Of a stretch of 64,000 nt of DNA, positions 51,965-64,000 are shown in pieces. The stretch is from Octopus vulgaris (Eukaryota): the NCBI GenBank assembly GCA_951406725.2, contig OX597814.1, forward strand, positions 98,828,001 through 98,892,000, written 5' to 3'. Under the pieces are notes generated by a model that had not been told where the DNA came from, did not search any database, and was given only the letters and a program-made list of their open reading frames with translations. The translations under genes and the position numbers were made by a program. The first letter of the stretch is position 1; every line of letters starts with the position of its first letter.

Positions 51965-52790
51965 GTGGTCTGACAATAAGTATCCGGGCTGTTGCCATAG
52001 TAACGAATCTAAAGAACGCAGAGTAAATCCGCTTGCCACAGATTGACCATGAAATCTGCTATGCATGCTCACTAACTTTTAACGATCTAACTCACTTCCG
52101 CTGTTTGCAGCAGTGCTTAGAAGGAAGGTGTGTGGCGTGTGATCGTCGCATTGACTATGACAGAAGCTGATCAGAGAATCTGCATCAAATTTTGCCAAAA
52201 GCTAGGCGATACCTGCTCAGAGGCCTACGCAAAGTTTTCAGAAAGTTTCCATCGTTCTCAACACAATGAAGGAGATCTTGTGCAACTGAAACTCGAGTGT
52301 CCTTTTGGTCAGCTGAAAGCAGTGTTGGCATAAACTTGGCAGACACGCTTCTCATATGCAAATCTTCAGTGATAATGGACTAAACTGAACCGTACTAATC
52401 TGCACATTCTCTGATAACGCACGGATGGTGATACGACGATTTCTTCTCACAACTGTACGCACATCAGCGATGTCTTTCTCACTTCTGCTGGCTGCGGGTT
52501 TCCCGGAACATTCGTCAATATCGACATTTTTCGGCCATCTTGAAAACGTCTGAACCACTCATACACTTGTGTGCGGCTCATATACTCTTCTCCAAACACT
52601 TTCTGCAACTTTGCGTAGGCCACTAAGTGGGTGTCGCCATGATAACTTTCTCTGTCATGATCAATGCGACGATCACACGCTACACACCTTCCTTCCAAGC
52701 ACTGTTGTAAACAGCGGAAGTGAGATAGAACGTTAAAACTTGATGCGTATGCACAACAGAGGTCGAGGTCAATCTCTGCCAAGCAGCTTC
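51964..52790. mobile_element. Mariner-derived element built from two convergent 5' halves
   Basis: Plus strand: TA|CGTGGTCTGACAATAAGTATCCG, a UTR, then MTEADQRICIKFCQKLGDTCSEAYAK. Minus strand: the same UTR, then AYAKLQKVFGEEYMSRTQVYEWFRRFQDGR...SGKP...NRRITIRALSE. Confidence 0.85.
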
Positions 52791-54575
52791 ACAAGTTGTG
52801 GCAGTGATTATACTTTCAGTTATAGAATGACGTAGTCTAAGTAAGAATGGCAAATCCTAACATTATATGCATTGACAAATTTTCTGATATTTACGTGCAG
52901 TCGGAATCCAGGACCTTGCACATAGAATGTTCGTTGCAATATTTGCAGTGGCATCTAAATTGGCATAGGGGATTAGATTAATTTCGTCTACTGGTTCTCT
53001 TTCGTTTTAAGGTGGTTAAATTATTTTTTTTTTACTAAATCTATTCTTTTTACCTTATCTACTAAGGAATAGATTTAGTGAGGTGTAATTTTTGATAAGG
53101 TAGAATAATGATTGGATTCATTATGGATATATATGTGTATGTGTGTGTATGTGATATAAACACACACACGACTTGTCCTTAGTTAATTTCCTATAAGAAT
53201 ATTTCTTGTCTTAAGATGTAATCTAATGTAGCGTAATATCTAGAAAATTAATTCAAACTACGTTAAAATTCATAATATGCATAAAAACGGAAGTCTTTTT
53301 GCCACATAACATTACTGAGAATTTTTAAGCGACTTAATTTTCGTCACTTCCAGCTGATTATATATAAATTGATACCAGGTGATATTTTATTAAACCTATA
53401 GTTTTCATTGGTTAACTTCTAACTACCTTTTTGCTGCAGTGGTGTCTATTGAATACTGTCGTGTCATCGTTTCTCATGAGACAAGTGGATAATCAGAGAA
53501 TGGTAAACCGGATGCTTTGATATCAATAAACTTGTAGTGTATGTGAAATGAACTGGTTTTGAGCTAGACATAAAAACCACATTGCAAGTTCTATTGCCAT
53601 ACATTGACAATCTCCGTTAACTTTGAAAAGTTTGCAGCAAGACAAATGTTTATTTATTTGAGTAAGAACATTTCCACAGAAATTTTGTAATCTACGACAA
53701 TAATATATTTCATTATATTTAGAGCAGCAGATGGTAAAATTGGTAGATAATCACGTAAATGCCTCGCAGTTGTCTTTCAACATATAACCTAATGTTCAAA
53801 ATTCAAACTCAGCCAAGTAGATTTTGATTTTAATACTCCAGGTATAGATTAAACAAATATGCAGCAATCAAGTACATTGCTTTATTTAAACAATAGTCTC
53901 TTCATAAAATTTGATTTAAAATTTAATAGGCTCGCGTGTATTACCGCGACGATCCTAGAGATGGTGAAAGGAAAAAATTGGTATCTGTAATATCTGAATT
54001 ACAAATATAGTGCGACAAAACTACATACTTCGTCCAATTAACAGCAATTTTTGCCAATTTACTATTCTTAGTATAACTATTTTGAACATCCACCTACCAA
54101 AAAAAACAAAAAACCCAAAAAACAAACTCTCACTCAACTAGGAAATATAAAGTTGGACTGTTACTTGTCATTTTTTAACTGTATCTTGTTTTAAATTTAC
54201 TCTACGAAGCCAGCTATGGCTTCCATCTAAAGGTGTAATACTCACAAATAGTTGTCACTCTTATTTTGTCGAGACACAAGACCTCACACTAACCACAATA
54301 TTTATTTTTTCTTCCCAGAACGTCGGCCTCTTGAAAGTTTCTGTGCACGTTTTTAGTAGCCATCAGTCAATATGCAAATTTTTCTAGAGGAACTTTAATC
54401 GCGTCAGTCTCATCAGTCTAGGAGATCCTGCGAAGGCTCAGTGCACAGGTCTAATTCCTGTGAGCATATCACGCGCGCGCGCGCGTGTGCCTGTATGCGT
54501 GTATATGTGTGTATGTGTATGTGTGTATGTGTGTGTACCTGCGTGTGTATGCATATATATATGCATGTATAAATA

Positions 54576-54648
<73 letters not shown>

Positions 54649-54990
54649 GTCTATCTATCTATCTATACAAACATACATACATACACATGCATACACAAAC
54701 ACTTGCACATAAATACATGTGTGTGTGTGTGTATGTGTGTGTTTCTGTGGATAGGTGTACAAGCACACGCGTGTATGTGTATAATCAAGTGCCAATTTGA
54801 AATATTTCTCCGGTCAGCGCCGATCATATAAGGTCCTATACAGCCTATTACAAACTACATGGAAACATGACATCTTAAGTTGAGTTGTGTTGTCTTATGT
54901 TCGGTTGCAAGACAAGCAATTAAATGTAACAAAATCTTCGTAAATAAATCAGGTTATTTTAATGTCACGAAACAAGCGCAACAATAACCA

Positions 54991-55130
<140 letters not shown>

Positions 55131-56409
55131 AGAGCGAGAGAGTGTGATGACAACACAGCTGAGTTTTGAACTTTTTATGTTGTATCAGTGTGCTCTGGCC
55201 AATTCATCGTGTATCAGTCAAACATCCTATCTTGAGGACATTCATTGATAGCCTCTGTTATCACGGCATACGAAATTCATTACACGCAACCATATATTCG
55301 TAGATTGTGACAACTTGTCTTTAACCCTTTGTCATTTTGCACTGAAAGCAGATATATATATATATATATATATAATTGACTTTATTGTTCAAACATAAAA
55401 CTATGATAGCAGCCAATGTTTAATAGAAGTATGATACTTTGTTTGCGGTAGGTCTGTCTGATTTTATGGAAACAAAAATAACAACCATAGGAAAACTAGT
55501 ATAAACAAAACGAAAAATATATAAACAGGACAACGGTGAATTTGACAAGTCAAGCTATTAATAGATTATTTAATATTCAGGTTCAATCATCTTGCTCTCC
55601 GAAATTGTTCTTGTTTTCATTTGTTATTTTTTTCCGTATCAGCCATATATATAGATATCTTAGTATGTCTTAATACTACCAGCGCAGCCCAGAAGAACAG
55701 TATTGCTAACACCAGAACTAATCACAGAAAGCCTTTCTATATCAGTCTCCGCTTCGTCAACAAACATACGCATAGGCTCACGAAAATTCGTTGTGCGACG
55801 AGGTCAAATCGAAAGACTCGCCAAAATGGGTTCTTTTAAAATGGGAGAAACATAAAAGAAGAGAAACACAATAAACCAAAAATAACAATAATAAATAGAA
55901 GGCAGTGGTAATAAATAGATAAATTGTCATCGCAGAACAAAAAAAAAAAAGAATAGGTTGGATAACAAGACATAGAATCTGACAATTACACATACCCACA
56001 ACACAATTACAACCTCCATGACTAACATAACCCCACTACAACCACCACTACTATTAAAAATACCATATCTTCTCTAGAATTACTATTGCTTAACCATTTT
56101 CTCACACCATTTCCAATGAAGGGATATATAAAATATCCCGGAAACAGCTGCAAGACATTCTTTTTGTAAATGTTTGGAAATCTTTCAGAGTCTTGGATTT
56201 TATCTCATTCTGTTATTTTTTTTTTATATATATGCATGCTGATATATGACCTACGTTGGACTCCTCATTCGCATAATCACCGAACCTGGAGCTTAACGAT
56301 AGTCTGTCCATAGCACTTACTCAGCATTACCTGACACCTTTGAGTCTTCTTGACACCTTTATTTTTCTCTCTCTCTCTCCCTATATATATATATATATAT
56401 ATATATACA

Positions 56410-56890
56410 CTAGTATTATAACCCGATTTCATTCGGGTCCACTCGGGCCACATTTTAAAGACGAGGAATTTAAAAAAAACTGAAAATTTTATTAAAAATT
56501 AAAAAGAAAATGAGGGCAAAAAGCACTCGTTTTTTCACAATGAAAACTCATTTCCTAGTAGCCGGAATTTCGCGACAAAATGTATATTTATTAAGCACAA
56601 CAACCTGCAGTGCATGCCGCTGGGCATTAAAAGCCACTCGCACAAACCTAGAGGGGATCTGGGGCCCCTTGAATCAATAAAAATCACTCTTTTTGCAATA
56701 GGAACGACATCTTTATAGCTTGCGAATTTTAACCATCGTGGGTCTCTTCCTCACCACACATTTAGTTTCCCTGCCAATTTTCAGCTCGATCCTAGCCTCG
56801 GTTTGGCCGTCATTAACCGTCAAAGCAAAATGTGTATACAATTTTCGTCCAAGGACTGTTTTATATATATATATATATATATATAATAGA
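56410..56890 (-). mobile_element. Non-autonomous Helitron
   Basis: Minus strand: A|TCTATTATATAT... 5' end; hairpin ACCCGAATGAAATCGGGT, then TATAATA-CTAG|T. Confidence 0.8.
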
Positions 56891-57062
56891 TTTTGTTTAA
56901 AACGAAGGGGAAAATAATCAATGCTTGTTGAGACACATATATAGAGTTCTTGATTTGCATCTCCATTCAAAGTTTTTACGAATTCCTAATTTCTCAAGCG
57001 ACGCATTTTGTCATAAGAACTCTCATATTATTGAAGTCCGACACATTCTAGCAACCTTACAT

Positions 57063-57114
<52 letters not shown>

Positions 57115-57174
57115 ACACACACACACGCACACGCACACACACACAAACACATACGTTTGTGTGTATATAAGAAT

Positions 57175-57407
57175 AAGGCGGCGAGCTGGCAGAAACGTTA
57201 GCACGCCGGGCGAAATGCGTAGCCGTATTTCGTCTGCCGTTACGTTCTGGGTTCAAATTCCGCCGTGGTCGACTTTGCCTTTCATCCTTTCGGGGTCGAT
57301 AAATTAAGTACCAGTTACGCACTGGGGGTCGATGTAATCGACTTAATCCGTTTGTCTGTCCTCGTTTGTCCCCTCTGCGTTTAACCCCTTGTGGGTAGTA
57401 AAGAAAT
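57175..57407 (+). mobile_element. SINE family A, full length and young
   Basis: AAGGCGGCGAGCTGGCAGAAACGTTAGCACGCCGGGCGAAATGC...GGGTTCAAATTCC; flanked by the TSD-like repeat TATATAAGAATA. Confidence 0.9.
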
Positions 57408-58089
57408 ATATATAAGAATATGAATAATATTTTCTATATAAACATTTACATATTTAATGTTCGTATATTTTATCTGAGTTCGGAGGTTGTACACGCGCGT
57501 GAGTATGTAAGCTATTTGAAAAATGTCCCCTTCGTTTAAAATTTGAAATAGTTAAAACTAATCAAAAAATTTCAAATTAATTATATCCAACATAATGAAA
57601 AGTTCAGAATCTTGCCGGAAGTATAGAAGTCATACATGATTTTGTACAGCGTCATTTCGTCAAACAGACAAAATAAGAACAGCTATATTCATATTTATCT
57701 ACGCGAGAAATCAGTTGAAGTGTATACATAGATACATACACATATGCACGCGCGCATAAACATACGCACACGCGCATACATAGATAACGCAATTGCATAT
57801 GTTCCCAAATATGATATGCATGAATGTGTGTGTATGTATAGACAAACACACATATATATATATACATACAAACATGCACGCTTACTCATCTTCATTCAAA
57901 CATACACAGGCTCATGTGTATATTTTTGAAGGTATATACTTATACACACACACACACACATATATATATACATGCACATATATGAGCATACACACGTTTA
58001 CATATACTCCACATAATGCTTATGTATGTGTCTATATGTGCAGACATACATATATGCATATGTGTGTGTATCTGTATTCATATCTATCC

Positions 58090-58142
<53 letters not shown>

Positions 58143-58420
58143 CCTGTCTGTCTGTCTGTCTGTCTGTCTGCCTGCCTGTCTGCCTGTCTGTCTGTCTGTC
58201 TGCCTGCATGCCTGTCTGTATCTCGGTATCTTCCATATCTTCTCTCTCTCTCTCTCTGTATATATATATATACACACACATACGCATTATTTATTTATGT
58301 ATATTTTTAGTATATTTAAATATGCATATGATTCATGTCTTCTACACAAGCTATCTATAAAAATCTAGGCGTAAATATATATATATAAAATATATATTTA
58401 TACGTAAATATATATAAAGA

Positions 58421-58540
<120 letters not shown>

Positions 58541-58591
58541 CACATACATACATGCGTACATATACATACATATATATATATACACACACAG

Positions 58592-58622
<31 letters not shown>

Positions 58623-59674
58623 CAACATATACGTATATTCATATATATACATAGATACATAACACATACGTGCATATGTACGAAATATGTTTATATGCAT
58701 CCAACATATAAACACGCAGCAACATATCTATTTCATAATAAGGAACACTCATAGAAACATGCGCAAACAAACACCCACGTACGCATGTATGTACGCACGA
58801 GCACACATGTCTCCATAATAAAAAAAGCTTTATAATTATTTTTGAAGTAATTTATCATTATGCTCCTGGTATTAATTAAAAGCCAAATATACTAATGAAT
58901 TCAGCGAAGGAAGTAAAAAAAGAAATGATAATAAAAATATATTGCAAAAATGAAAAGAAAGAAGAAATGATAATAACTTGGAAAGCAATGATTTAAAAAA
59001 GAAAAAGCAACAAGAACAACGGCAACAATAGCAACAGCATCATTATGATAGCGCATTATTAAAATGGAGACTAACAACTGTAACAGCAACAACAACAATA
59101 ACAACCACAACAATGGCAAGAACAATTGAAACATTTTCTCATCTTTACAATCGACAGTACATTCGTGCTTCATTACTCACCATTATCATCATCAAAATGT
59201 CGTCGCCGCCATTAGTCTCATACTCGTACTAGCGAAATATAATATCATAATAAACATTACCGAACGACTAAAATATCAGAAATGCTTTCCGCTGTGACAA
59301 AATTACCTTATGGGAAGACTTTAGTCAACAGAGAAATACTTTCATTATTTTTAATTTATATATAAGTAATCATTTTGAAAATGTGTTATATGCTGTACCC
59401 GTGTTTGATACTAGATACATTTTATTTTCCTAAATGATTGCGAACAAAAGCTATAAGAGTTGAATAGTGTAACATAATTACTACTAGCAGGTTATTAATT
59501 AAAATCTTCACGATATGACTTCTCAAAACATTGAGGGAATTGTTATCGCAGAAGCGATCCGAATAATTTCGGTTTACTGACGTCTGAAATAATGAGATTA
59601 GATAAACTTTAGATGTTTCACTTATTATCTCCTCTGTCTCCACTCTCTGTCACTCTCTGTCACTCTCTCTGTCA

Positions 59675-59740
<66 letters not shown>

Positions 59741-59772
59741 GCGTATATGTGTATATATATATACATACATAC

Positions 59773-59823
<51 letters not shown>

Positions 59824-59830
<7 letters not shown>

Positions 59831-60282
59831 TTGAAAGAATGAGTAGAGATAGCTTTTTTGAGAAGATAGCTTTTATTTTAATCTTAATAATAATGTTTAC
59901 AGTGAGTTATTCTGATATGAGTTTCAAGCTTCTCGTAGCCGCTTTCAAACTGAAAAATGTGTTTTACTGGTTGTTTAAATAGCAAAAGATTTTTCTTACA
60001 AGTATACGTACAAAAAATATACACAGAAAACAGAAAAGAATATAAAAAAAACTATAAAAAAGTATATATTTTTTATATTCTTTTCTCTTTTCTGGGTATA
60101 TTTTTTTGTACGTATACTTGTAAGAACAAATCGTTTGGTATTTAAACAACCAGTAAAACATATATTTCTCAGTTTGAAAACGGCTACGCGGAGCTTGAAA
60201 CTCATATCACTGAAAACATTAAAATTGAAAATAAAATTATCCCCTCAAAAAAGCCATCTCTACTTATTCTTTCAAATACATA
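59824..60282. repeat. Foldback palindrome / MITE (~220-nt arms)
   Basis: TATGTATTTGAAAGAATGAGTAGAGAT...TATACGTACAAAAAA pairs with TTTTTTGTACGTATA...ATCTCTACTTATTCTTTCAAATACATA. Confidence 0.92.
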
Positions 60283-60315
60283 TAATACTGTACCAAGAAC
60301 TTTCTCTTATTATTC

Positions 60316-60386
<71 letters not shown>

Positions 60387-60396
60387 TATATATATG

Positions 60397-60431
<35 letters not shown>

Positions 60432-60439
60432 TATATATC

Positions 60440-60810
60440 AAGTCAAGTCAGAGGTTGAGACCTGTTACTTGGGGCATGCAAAACATTACTCCTGTTCCAT
60501 GGTCGAGTGGTCGGCGACTAAACTGGCTTGCTTCTCTTGCGAGGAGGGTGACTGGACACCCAGCAGCATTAAGAACAATACCTGTAGACAATCGAAGGGC
60601 GGCTAGCCGCCTTGTGGGCCAACGGGTATCCATATGGGGAAGGCAATGGCAAATCACCCTACTACATCTGCTGAAAAAACTCTATCAGAAAGTTAGAACG
60701 AAGTAACTTCACACGATGGTAAGGCTTCCGTTGTAGTGTCGTGAACGCGCTTGTAAGAGGGCGATCCAAGAGGACGATTCGAGAGGACCCCAGACCTCAG
60801 ACAGCCACAT
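60440..60810 (+). mobile_element. RTE 5'-UTR-derived (Bov-A-like) element
   Basis: GGGGAAGGCAATGGCAAATCACCCTACTACATCTGCTGAAAAAAC (60636-60680) resembles the conserved RTE/BovB 5' motif GGAGAAGG(C/A)AATGGCAA(A/C)CCACTCC. Confidence 0.5.
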
Positions 60811-61589
60811 TACTAAATATCTAAATATTTTCCTCCCCGAGCTATAAGGCATCAATTAACACTTTGAGGAATGAACCGCATTTGGAGTCATAGTGTCAAG
60901 AACCCCTTTTCAGAAGCCCCACAGAGGGCATGCACTTAATTAAAAATATATATATATAAAACAATATCTGTACTTGTAGGAAATTGAATGAACTAATACA
61001 GTTTTCTTCGCCATTGACTTTTCGGTCGATAGATCGGTCCTGTCATCTATTAAGGGTTAATGTCTCTATATTCCAAACCAGCACACTTTAACATTGTCAT
61101 CACTTGTCACTCAAAACTTCACAGAGCTATAACTATCTCTAGTCACTGCCTTCTCAGGCATCCCACCCTATGATCTTTTATCACCCATTAATTTCATACA
61201 GCCTGCTAGCTCCGTAGCTTCCCAATCTGCAGCCAAGCTTTCTAGAGAATCCCTAATAAATCTGAAGAATTTTCTTAGACTATGTGTTTGCTGGAATTAT
61301 AAATTTAGCCATCAGTTATTGTTAGATTCATTGGTCCGAGTATTTCTACTAGAGAAGATGGCGAAACACCTGTATCCCAGAAATCCTTGTATTCATGAAT
61401 CGAGTGTGCTACGAACACATAGTCGTCGTCAAGGAGAAGCTTCTTCCTGTGACAGCATTTTAATCTGCAGGAACGTATAAACAACAAGACATTGTTTCGC
61501 TTCTCGCTGTTCACGTGCACAAAGCGATTTATCATAACTACACACACATACTTATATATACCTATATACATATATATGTACACACACAC

Positions 61590-61650
<61 letters not shown>

Positions 61651-61685
61651 TTCATACATACACACACGCACACACATATATATAT

Positions 61686-62080
61686 AGTCATAAATGACAG
61701 AGAAATAGTTTGATGAAATTTTATTTAACGATAAGCAAATTCTAATATTACGACAAATTGTTTCGTAACTTAAAAACATGTAAATGATTTATATCATTAT
61801 ATTTCATAATAAATAAACTACTTAAGTGTATGCATTAATGCAAAATGCAAAAAATCCTTCAAAAATCATATCTATCACTTGAGGAGGCAGCTTAAATTCT
61901 GCATTATTTGGGAAGATATTTTGCATTTTGCATTAATGTACACATGTAAGTAATCTATTTATTATTAAATATATTATAAATGTTTACATATTTTAAAGTT
62001 ACGATTAATTTATTGTGATATTAGAATTTTCTTATTGCTAAATCAAATTTTATCAAATTATTTCTCTGACATTCATGACT
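61686..62080. repeat. Foldback palindrome / MITE (~175-nt arms, diverged)
   Basis: AGTCATAAATGACAGAGAAATAGTTTGAT...CATTAATGCAAAATGCAAAA pairs with TTTTGCATTTTGCATTAATG...ATCAAATTATTTCTCTGACATTCATGACT. Confidence 0.9.
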
Positions 62081-62194
62081 TTATACACTCCTTATGATTT
62101 TCTCTTTTATCGTACCATATATTCTATATATTCTTTCTTATGATTACTACCGGATTACATCAATCCGTATATTGTGAATTAAATATATATATAA

Positions 62195-62517
62195 AAGGGT
62201 AAAGGGTTAAGACGCCCCTTTAGTCAGGGATGATCATGGGATTGCACGTAGAAAGTTCTCCTCCGAGGCACAAGTCTGGGCAAGGTTGTTTATAGAAGAC
62301 CAGCAGTCGCCCAAGCATACCAGCCTCCCCTCTCCACCCCAACCATTTTATCCAAGGGAAAGGCAAAGGCCGATACAGCTTGGCACCAGTGACGCTGCAA
62401 CTTATTTCTACAGCTGAGTGAACTGTAGCACCGTGAATTGAAGTGACTTGCTCAAGAACACAACACATAGCCCAGGAATCGAACCCGGCACTCTAATCAC
62501 TGAGCCATGCGCCTTCA
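62195..62517 (-). mobile_element. SINE family C
   Basis: Reverse complement of the 28823/36488 family; ends ATCACTGAGCCATGCGCCTTC. Confidence 0.82.
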
Positions 62518-62938
62518 CACACACACACACACACACACATGGAAGAACTTGAAGAAATTTGACAAAATATATTCAATTTGTAGCATTCATGTTTAGCATT
62601 TATTTCACCAGACTATTTCAATTACTTTAGAGTTTTGAGTTGTCTGTAAGGTTAGGTTAGGTTCTGTATTCTCTGGGACGTTTGATGCAGGCTATTCATA
62701 AAAAAAATCAATATGGGGAATAAAAAGAAAAAGAAAAAAGAAGCGGAATGAAAGGAAAGACAAAAACGAAACAAAACAGACATATACAGACATATACACA
62801 TACGCGTATGTGTACATATATATGTATATATGTATGTATATATATATATATGAATATATACATAATATACTATGTATATATATATATATATTTATATATT
62901 ACACACATATATGTATTTACTTGTGTATATATATATGC

Positions 62939-63019
<81 letters not shown>

Positions 63020-63544
63020 CCTGCATACATGCGTACTTATTATGCAGCTAAAATCTATAAGCTCAGTAGAAACTAACAAGATTGGACAATGCGGTCAAGT
63101 TTATGACCAAAGAAGTCAGGAAAAAAGACTAAACGAATAAACGTCCTTTATTGGTGAAAGTCAGCAGAAACACAGGGTGATTGATTGATAGATAGATAGA
63201 TAGATACGGCTAAATGATATAAACAGGAAGGAATAAAGAGAAGTAGTAGTTGGAGAAAGGTAGAAGAGGAAGTTAAGGGAAAATATAGGAAGAAAAGGAA
63301 GAGCATGAAGATGATGAAGAACGAAACGTCGAAGAGAATCAGAGAAAAGGAGGAACAAAATATAGCTGGAAGGATGAACATTCTCTCTGATGATAAATAT
63401 TTACTATACACAGATATACATGTATTCAAATATGTACATACATATGTATGTGTGTATGTACTGCGTATATGTGTATCTATATAAACATATATAGATATAC
63501 ATATAAATACATAGGTACATATATGTATGTATGTATGTATGTAT

Positions 63545-63653
63545 TGAAATTGCGAGGATGATCCGTTTCTTGACTGAAGATTAGAGGCTTCGAATGACCC
63601 GTCCGTTTTTTTGTGTCGTTTATTTGAATGTTTTGCGTTCCTGTCCCATTTTG

Positions 63654-63660
<7 letters not shown>
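63545..63660 (+). repeat. Short dispersed repeat inside microsatellites (related inverted copy at about 48085-48185)
   Basis: GTTTTGCGTTCCTGTCCCATTTTGTATTTTA versus TAAAATACAAAATGGGGCAAGAACGCAAAAC. Confidence 0.55.
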
Positions 63661-63752
<92 letters not shown>

Positions 63753-63837
63753 TGTATGTATGTATGTGTGTATATAGTTGTCAGCTGTTTTTATTATTGT
63801 CGAACTGACAATAATAACAACAGCTACAACCTCTCTA

Positions 63838-63891
<54 letters not shown>

Positions 63892-64000
63892 TCATGGAGC
63901 TTACGCAATGATGAGAGGTAAACAAATTTAAGGTTAAGTCAAATATTTCTGTGGCATATTTTAAAATCTAAATCTAATTGCATTTTACCGTCGACAGTTT

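Noticed and set aside
53455-53500. Minus-strand CTGATTA...GAAACG...CGAC
   Set aside because: G8 and U16.1 are both wrong and the stems are poor.

Overview
AT-rich, microsatellite-saturated animal DNA. The SINE repertoire and repeat style suggest an octopus genome, which is inferred rather than looked up. No intact recognisable protein-coding gene is present, and almost all listed ORFs are read-throughs of (TA)n/(CA)n/(TATG)n/(TATC)n repeats. The window is a mosaic of decayed mobile elements: several tRNA-headed SINE families, Tc1 (DD34E), mariner (DD34D) and maT-like (DD37D) transposon relics, three non-autonomous Helitrons, a gag-only Ty3/Gypsy LTR element, and 3' ends of R4/Dong-like, RTE and CR1 LINEs. 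The most notable signal is about a dozen type-I hammerhead ribozyme (HHR) motifs of the kind carried by Penelope-like elements (PLEs). They include well-formed ones (43290-43340, 16403-16496, 30978-31022, 10965-11078), a ~350-nt rod-like palindrome with hammerheads in both polarities, and a four-copy family with a non-canonical CUG(U/C)NGA core, two of which lie in tandem 225 nt apart. Also seen: R4/Dong-like insertions sitting in (CATA)n repeats, several long foldback palindromes, and a tentative chain of minus-strand non-coding exons. All structures were read by eye and none has been folded computationally or assayed.
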